Below, piece after piece: positions 59,001 through 64,000 of a DNA stretch of 64,000 nt. The DNA is from an uncultured Chloroflexia bacterium (GTDB taxonomy: Bacteria > Chloroflexota > Limnocylindria > Limnocylindrales > CSP1-4), in the NCBI GenBank assembly GCA_963768655.1, contig CAVYIM010000003.1, positions 768,001-832,000 of the forward strand. The letters are read 5' to 3'. The notes under the pieces are model-generated. The model had not been told where the DNA came from. It made no database searches and was given only the letters and a program-made list of their open reading frames with translations. The stretch's first letter is position 1, and each line of letters opens with the position of its first letter. The translations under genes were made by a program, and so were the position numbers.

Positions 59001-59461
59001 TGGCCGAGAACGGAACTTCGATGTGGGAGCAGTGGGACCCCGGCTGCTCCACGGCCGGCTGTACGGGCTCCTCGGTCAGCCAGACCAGCACCGAGAGCTT
59101 CTCCCACGGCTGGGGCTCCGTCGGCATCTACAGCATCCTGCGCGGGCTACTCGGTATCAGCGTGACCTCGCCCGGCGCCGCGACTGTGACCATCGCGCCT
59201 CCCGACGCCGGCCTCTCGTCGGCCTCCGGCAGCGAGTGGACCGAGAGCGGCCCGGTCGGCGTCAGCTGGACCCGCGGCACGAACGGTGTGACCCTCGACG
59301 TCACGATCCCGGTCAACCAGACCGCAACGGTCTCGCTGCCGGCCCCGAGCGGCCAGACGTACGTCGCCAGCGGCGCCGGCGCACCCGTCTACATCGGCCT
59401 CGTGAACGGCCGGCAGGTATATCAGGTTGGCTCCGGCGCGACGCACTTCGCCCCTGCCTGA
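56009..59461 (+). CDS. Secreted GH78 alpha-L-rhamnosidase-like protein
   Basis: Signal peptide; PQFGW..AYEIQV..DSGKV N-domain; ARVYIA; ADFG; GFRYLQI; D.P.R..GQFLGD; MWEQW; SFSHGWG. Confidence 0.85.
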   Translation: MRDRTIRGSKWLSAATTLILVASLGPGVAGTAGASPGTTPPSAPTGLSVGDRQAPLDVAGTPQFGWLPQDADGNEIETAYEIQVNRASDGVLIYDSGKVASSAETYVPYAGPALASGTSYSWTVRTWDRTDQVSPWAATSHFDTAIGDGDWSGAQSIRRVTSGNDLKVDYTLARKQLTLSNSTSPVVRARVYIAEEGEWQLHVNGQVIDTQYDYQAPGETYYDVEDITAQALAAQQASGAAANQLAVGIKYAAWATTEAEPRMEGPVAVSTTLSAAANAGATTIAVSSSSSAAFYAVGENLGIGTAGSSTFEVATIRSIAGTTVTLIAGLKFAHASGSAVVTEDGPSGLLVKVVVDHADGVRDTFVSDPSWLVTKDTSELTTTTTLRSTQNAGTYVEYYDVRNEISGWDTVGFTPGSAWVGATSLGAHPLPNPRSCSNYLSAGSPCGFTHVIPMQSSLAYKTVHPVSVRTLTDGTVVADFGTAIYGVPAVSFNSGSAGRTVDLDGSYRLDHGTLSSATSAGATTISVASLTNFAVKVGDTVTVDAPADGYGAGHPEERTVTAINGTTLTLNAALSQSHAAGVWVEGSRVGTQALDNQSTNLNFYFTERAGSQATNFFVGEGFRYLQISGAGEALSASQISAVASAENAPVGLGVYAIGQGSSPAGNEATFTSSNATLNNVFALFERSALYSGEEEFNDSPDRQDGQFLGDAVDESMATMEALDERGLTVEAIDNFIYSQQRYWLSAGSQFGDMNAVYPDGDGKRDIPDYTEMFTEWVMAYYQLTGDRATLASAYPTMKNVGAYVTANIPTSGPFAGLVYDLAGGSSSSYKYGILDWPSDMRYDMLFLGSNSGGAAEALVNDRAVEVYRDLAAAAAALGNTADAATYTTAMNNLISAINSKLVESNGLYDDGLEATNSQGTAAQLTGHASEHAQAFAIEYGVAPASSYATLATFIAGQGMKMGPMDLGQLEQALVDADRPDTLVSLLTSATADGPARILAENGTSMWEQWDPGCSTAGCTGSSVSQTSTESFSHGWGSVGIYSILRGLLGISVTSPGAATVTIAPPDAGLSSASGSEWTESGPVGVSWTRGTNGVTLDVTIPVNQTATVSLPAPSGQTYVASGAGAPVYIGLVNGRQVYQVGSGATHFAPA

Positions 59462-59992
59462 TCGCGAGTCGCGTTCGGTCGCGGCCCAAGCCCGGATCGG
59501 CCGGTCAAGCGCGCCGATCGCCTGACCGCGCGCCGGTCCCGGCTCGTGAGCCGGCAGCGTGGCTCATTTGACAGTGACTGCAGCCCGGTCGGGATCGCCC
59601 AGAGGGGAAGAGCCGACGACGACCCGCGAGGGCTGCACTTGGCGCCGCCGCACTCAGGCGGGCCCTCGGCCGCTTCGACCGACGCTATCTGGCGCGTGGG
59701 GACAAGGCGACCGCGAGCTGGACTGCCGCCACCGAGGAGTGGCCAACAGGTCGACGCGAGTCGGGCGCAGAGAGCCAGCGGTCGGACCCGCCGCCTCGTC
59801 CGATGGCGAGGCCTATCGGATAGCCATTGCCACGCGCCCGGCGTACTATCCGCCTGTTCCGGCACGGCCGGGCCGGGAGGAATGGCCCGCCGACCGAACG
59901 AAGCTCGCACTTTCCGGATGACGATGGGGGCACGTCAGCCCGATCGCGCACTGGGGATGCGAACGCGGTTTCGACGGAAAGGAGTGGGTCAG

Positions 59993-62900
59993 GTGAAGCT
60001 GCTCTCGTCTGGGGATCGTCGGGCACGCGGAGTCGCAGCGATGTGGGGGACTACCCTCGCCATGGTCATCGGTCTGCTCGGAGCCGGTCTGACGCCGTCA
60101 CTCGTGCCTGCCGCCCGGGCCGCCAACGGCACACCGCTGGGCCAGTCGGATACCTCGGTTGCCACCACGAGCGGATCGGTCATCTCCGCCGGCTTCTACC
60201 ACACCTGCGCCATCAAGACGGACGGCACCCTGGCGTGCTGGGGCTACAACGACCACGGCCAGGCCAGCCCCCCCACCGGAACCTTCACCGCGGTCAGCGC
60301 CGGCCTCTACCACACCTGCGCCATCAAGACCGGCGGCACCCTGGCCTGCTGGGGCGACAACGAGTATGGCCAATCCAGCCCGCCCGCTGGAACCTTCACC
60401 GCGGTGAGCGTCGGCTACTACCACTCCTGCGCCATCAGAAGCGACGGCACGCTGGCTTGCTGGGGGAACAACGCGTATTCCCAGGCCACCCCGCCGACCG
60501 GAACTTTCACCTCGGTGAGCGCCGGCTCGTACCACACCTGCGCGATCAAGACCAACGGCGCGCTGACCTGCTGGGGAAGCAACAACTACGGCCAGACCAC
60601 CGCGCCCGCTGGGACCTTCGCGGCGGTCGCCGCCGGCGGCATCCACACCTGTGCAATCAGGACCAACGGCACCCTGGCCTGCTGGGGGGACAACACCGAC
60701 GGCCAGGCCAGCCCGCCCGCCGGCACCTTCACCGCGGTGACCGCCGGCGGCGACCACACTTGCGCCATCAAGTCCAACGGCACGCTGGCCTGTTGGGGCT
60801 ACAACAGCGACGGTCAGGCGAGCCCGCCGACCGGGACCTTCATCGCTGTGAGTGCCGGCGGCTATCGCACCTGCGCCATCAAGACGGACGACTCCATCGC
60901 CTGCTGGGGCGACAACACCTACGGCCAGGCCAGCCCACCATCCGGTCGGTTCACCGGCGCCCACCTTCCGACCGTGAGCGCCGGTGCCTACCACACCTGT
61001 GCCATCAAGGCCGACGGCACGCTGGCCTGCTGGGGCTACAACGACGACGGCCAGGCCAGCCCGCCCGCAGGGACTTTCACCGCAGTGAGCTCCGGCGATT
61101 ACTACACCTGCGCCATCAAGACCAACGGCACTCTGGCCTGCTGGGGAAACAATGGCGAAGGCCAGCTCAACGCGCCCACCGGGACCTTCACCGCAGTGAG
61201 CGCCGGCGATTACCACGCCTGCGCCATCAAGACCAACGGCACTCTGGCCTGCTGGGGCGAGAACACATACGGCCAAGCGAGCCCGCCGGCCGGGACCTTC
61301 ACCGCAGTGAGCGGCGGCTCCTACCACACCTGCGCCATCAAGACCAACGGCACTCTGGCCTGCTGGGGAAACAATGGCGAAGGCCAGCTCAACGCGCCCA
61401 CCGGGACCTTCACCGCAGTGAGCGGCGGCTCCTACCACACCTGCGCCATCAAGACCAACGGCACTCTGGCCTGCTGGGGCGAGAACACATACGGCCAAGC
61501 GAGCCCGCCGGCCGGGACCTTCACCGCAGTGAGCGGCGGCTCCTACCACACCTGCGCCATCAAGACCAACGGCACTCTGGCCTGCTGGGGTGATAACACC
61601 TACGGCGAAGCCACCCCGCCGTCCGGGACCTTCACCGCGGTGAGCGCCGGAAACCTGTTCACCTGTGTGGTAGGGACCAATAGCACCGTGGTCTGCTGGG
61701 GGAACAACAACGAGAAGCAGTCGACTGTGCCTGCGGTCAAGCTCGTGGTGGCAGGGTTCCCGAGCCCGACAACTGCCGGCGTCGCCCACAACCTGACCGT
61801 GACCGCGAAGGACCCCTTTGGGGCCACCGCCACCGGCTACACCGGCACGGTCCACATCTCGAGCAGCGATGGCGCCGCGACCCTGGCGGGCAACGCCAAG
61901 CTCACATCGGGAGCCGGCACCTTTGGCGTGACTCTTCGCACACCCGGCACCCAGTCGGTGACCGCGACGGACACGACGACGGCCTCCATCACCGGCTCCC
62001 AGAGCGTCGTGGTCGCTCCGCCCGCCTCCACGTACCACGCCACTAGCCCGGCGCGGGTGCTGGACTCCCGCCCCACAGGCTCGGGTCACACCAACATCGG
62101 ACTATCCGGTAAGTTCACCGCAGGTACGGTCCGGACCTTCGCGGTGGCCGGTGTCATCGGCGTGGGGGCGAGCAGCGTCGCCGTACCGACCAATGCCACC
62201 GCGGTCACGGGCAACCTCACCATCGTGAACGAGACCGCCCCCGGAGTGGTCGCCCTGGGACCGACCATGACCGCCAGCGGTGCCACTACCACGATCAACT
62301 TCGTCAAGGGCGACATTCGGGCCAACAACGTGACTATGGGGCTAGGAGCCGGAGGCAAGCTCTCGGCGGTCTATCGCTCGGCTACCGCCGGAGCCACGAT
62401 CGATCTCATCTTCGATGTCACAGGCTTCTTCACCCCCGATACGAGCGGTGCCACCTATCACGTCCTCGCCCCGGGCCGGATCCTCGATACCAGACCGACC
62501 GGAGCGGGTCACACCAACATCGGTCTTGCGGGTAAGTTCGCCAACAAGAGTGTCCGGACCTTCGCGATCGCAGGGGTCAAGGCCCTGGGCTGGTCATCCG
62601 CCCTGGTACCGTCGGCCGCCACCGCTGTCACCGGCAACCTGACCGTGACCGATGCCAGCTCTATCGGCTATGTCTCGGTCGGTCCCACGATCGCGGCCGT
62701 ACCCTCGACCTCGACTCTCAATGTCGCCGCCGGCACCACCGTCGCCAACGGCGTCACCGTGGCCCTAAAGAGCGGCAAGCTAGAGGCCGTCTGGGATGGC
62801 ACCGCCGGATCATCGGCCGATGTCATCTTCGATGTCACCGGCTACTTCACCGCAGGGACCGGTGGTCTGTCCTACTACCCGATCGCACCGGTTCGGGTTC

Positions 62901-63235
62901 TCGACTCCTCGGTCAGTCTCGGACTGTCGGGTACCTTCGCGAGCCGGAGCGCGCGACTCTTCACCATCGGCGGTACTGCGGGTGTCCCAACTGGTGCCGC
63001 CGGTATCAGCGGCAACCTGACCGTGCTATCTCCCTCAAGCGCGGGCTGGGCTCTGGTATCACCTGAGATCGTCGCCACGCCGACCACCTCTACCCTCAAC
63101 GTCGCCTCCGGACACAGTGAGGCCAACGGCTTCGACGTCGCTCTGGGAGCCTCGGGTCACGTCGCTCTCGAGTGGGCCGGCACCACCGGCTCCAGCGCCA
63201 ACATCGCCCTCGATATCACCGGCTACTGGAAGTAG
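59993..63235 (+). CDS. Secreted RCC1/BLIP-II repeat surface protein (14 repeats, Ig-like domain, three C-terminal beta-sandwich repeats)
   Basis: AAAGGAG RBS and GTG; SAG.YHTCAIKT.GTLACWG.N..GQ repeats; P.R.LD.R...GNLT...DVTGYF repeats. Confidence 0.88.
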   Translation: MKLLSSGDRRARGVAAMWGTTLAMVIGLLGAGLTPSLVPAARAANGTPLGQSDTSVATTSGSVISAGFYHTCAIKTDGTLACWGYNDHGQASPPTGTFTAVSAGLYHTCAIKTGGTLACWGDNEYGQSSPPAGTFTAVSVGYYHSCAIRSDGTLACWGNNAYSQATPPTGTFTSVSAGSYHTCAIKTNGALTCWGSNNYGQTTAPAGTFAAVAAGGIHTCAIRTNGTLACWGDNTDGQASPPAGTFTAVTAGGDHTCAIKSNGTLACWGYNSDGQASPPTGTFIAVSAGGYRTCAIKTDDSIACWGDNTYGQASPPSGRFTGAHLPTVSAGAYHTCAIKADGTLACWGYNDDGQASPPAGTFTAVSSGDYYTCAIKTNGTLACWGNNGEGQLNAPTGTFTAVSAGDYHACAIKTNGTLACWGENTYGQASPPAGTFTAVSGGSYHTCAIKTNGTLACWGNNGEGQLNAPTGTFTAVSGGSYHTCAIKTNGTLACWGENTYGQASPPAGTFTAVSGGSYHTCAIKTNGTLACWGDNTYGEATPPSGTFTAVSAGNLFTCVVGTNSTVVCWGNNNEKQSTVPAVKLVVAGFPSPTTAGVAHNLTVTAKDPFGATATGYTGTVHISSSDGAATLAGNAKLTSGAGTFGVTLRTPGTQSVTATDTTTASITGSQSVVVAPPASTYHATSPARVLDSRPTGSGHTNIGLSGKFTAGTVRTFAVAGVIGVGASSVAVPTNATAVTGNLTIVNETAPGVVALGPTMTASGATTTINFVKGDIRANNVTMGLGAGGKLSAVYRSATAGATIDLIFDVTGFFTPDTSGATYHVLAPGRILDTRPTGAGHTNIGLAGKFANKSVRTFAIAGVKALGWSSALVPSAATAVTGNLTVTDASSIGYVSVGPTIAAVPSTSTLNVAAGTTVANGVTVALKSGKLEAVWDGTAGSSADVIFDVTGYFTAGTGGLSYYPIAPVRVLDSSVSLGLSGTFASRSARLFTIGGTAGVPTGAAGISGNLTVLSPSSAGWALVSPEIVATPTTSTLNVASGHSEANGFDVALGASGHVALEWAGTTGSSANIALDITGYWK
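60185..61730 (+). repeat. 111-bp (37-aa) intragenic tandem repeats, 14 units
   Basis: CTGCGCCATCAAGAC recurs every 111 bp; near-identical 222-bp duplication at about 61100-61590. Confidence 0.9.
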
Positions 63236-63390
63236 AGCGGGCGGGAGTGGGCCAGAGCAGGCCGCGCTGGGCGTGCGGCGCTGGTTGAGCGTGCCTGCCC
63301 CGGGAGATAACCGTCGTTCGGGAACCAGAGCCGTCCCAGTCGCGTCCCACCAGCGCGAGAAGACTCGTGCGCCATGCAGAGGTGAGGAAG

Positions 63391-64000
63391 ATGAGCCGAC
63401 CGACAGCCAACCCGAGCGAAACCGCTCGCACCATCCGAGTCAGGCTGTGGGGTCTAGGAGCGTTGGTGCTTGTCGGCGCCATCGTTTCGGGCTGCACGAG
63501 CCAGGTTGCGGCCATAGCGGAAGCGACGTCCGCGGCGACGCGCATTCCGGCTTCGTCGGCGGCTGCCAGTCAGGCCGCCGCGGCAATCGACGCCTTCGGG
63601 TTCGACTTCTACAAGAGCGACACCGACCTGACTTCGGGTGGCAACGCCGTCTTCTCACCAACCAGCATCGTCCTGGCGCTGTCCATGGCCCAGGCCGGAG
63701 CAGCCGGCCAGACGGCCTCACAGATGGACACCGTCCTTCACGCGGCGGCCGAAGCCGGCGGTGGCAACGGCATCAATTCCCTGGACCAGACCCTGACCGG
63801 ACTCTCGGGGACTTTCAAGGACGCCAATGGCGCCGATCAGCAGGTGACCCTTCGTATCGCCAACGCCCCGTTCGCCCAGCGCGGCCTGCAATTGCAGGAG
63901 CCCTTCCTCGCCACCCTGGCCTCGAAGTACGGCGCGGGCCTTCGCCTGGTCGACTTCGCGAACGACCCGGCCGGCGCCTGCCAGCTGATCGACAGCTGGG
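63391..64000 (+). CDS. Serpin family lipoprotein (3'-truncated by window)
   Basis: Lipobox VSGC; AFGFDFY, NAVFSPTSIVLALSMAQAGAAGQT..QM..VL, LRIANA.F, LRLVDF. Confidence 0.88.
   Translation, partial: MSRPTANPSETARTIRVRLWGLGALVLVGAIVSGCTSQVAAIAEATSAATRIPASSAAASQAAAAIDAFGFDFYKSDTDLTSGGNAVFSPTSIVLALSMAQAGAAGQTASQMDTVLHAAAEAGGGNGINSLDQTLTGLSGTFKDANGADQQVTLRIANAPFAQRGLQLQEPFLATLASKYGAGLRLVDFANDPAGACQLIDSW

Noticed and set aside
59462-59992. N-terminal extension of the RCC1 ORF to 59546, or an ncRNA in this gap
   Set aside because: The extension has non-coding-like composition; a strong RBS precedes GTG 59993; no recognisable RNA motif
60185-61730. RCC1 repeats as a CRISPR array or DGR target
   Set aside because: In-frame coding repeats; NNC codons are the default at high GC, invariant AAC/AAG codons persist, and no reverse transcriptase or template repeat is in the window

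Overview
High-GC (~70%) bacterial chromosomal window. Gene content and style (Flp pilin, CpaE-like ATPase, ThyX, Kelch/RCC1/serpin surface proteins) suggest a Chloroflexota such as Ca. Limnocylindria; this is an inference. Left to right: 3' end of a protein with a PD-(D/E)XK-like C-terminus; DUF885; ankyrin protein plus Cys-less desulfurase-like protein; IclR; MscS; CpaE-like ATPase preceded by two tandem coiled-coil paralogs with duplicated upstream elements; thyX; SatD/DUF3307 pair; ldh; a ~15 kb amino-sugar (chito/chitosan-oligosaccharide) cluster (GH4, Opp-type ABC, ROK repressor with operator, two kinases, nagA, SIS deaminase, GH3); a redox block (EtfB, ferredoxin-fused EtfA, membrane Fe-S oxidoreductase, cNMP-binding protein, fused group 3b hydrogenase beta-gamma, small subunit, no large subunit) with DosR-like boxes; a GIY-YIG-like::GreA fusion; PFK; ribD-like/folE/HxlR; PDZ serine protease; TPR protein; FGGY kinase; VOC; P-loop kinase; msrA; Flp pilin; truncated IS256; GH78-like secreted protein; 14-repeat RCC1 surface protein; partial serpin. 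At least seven genes carry single-base frameshifts, several at GAATC-like sites, most likely long-read errors. No rRNA, tRNA or CRISPR array was seen.
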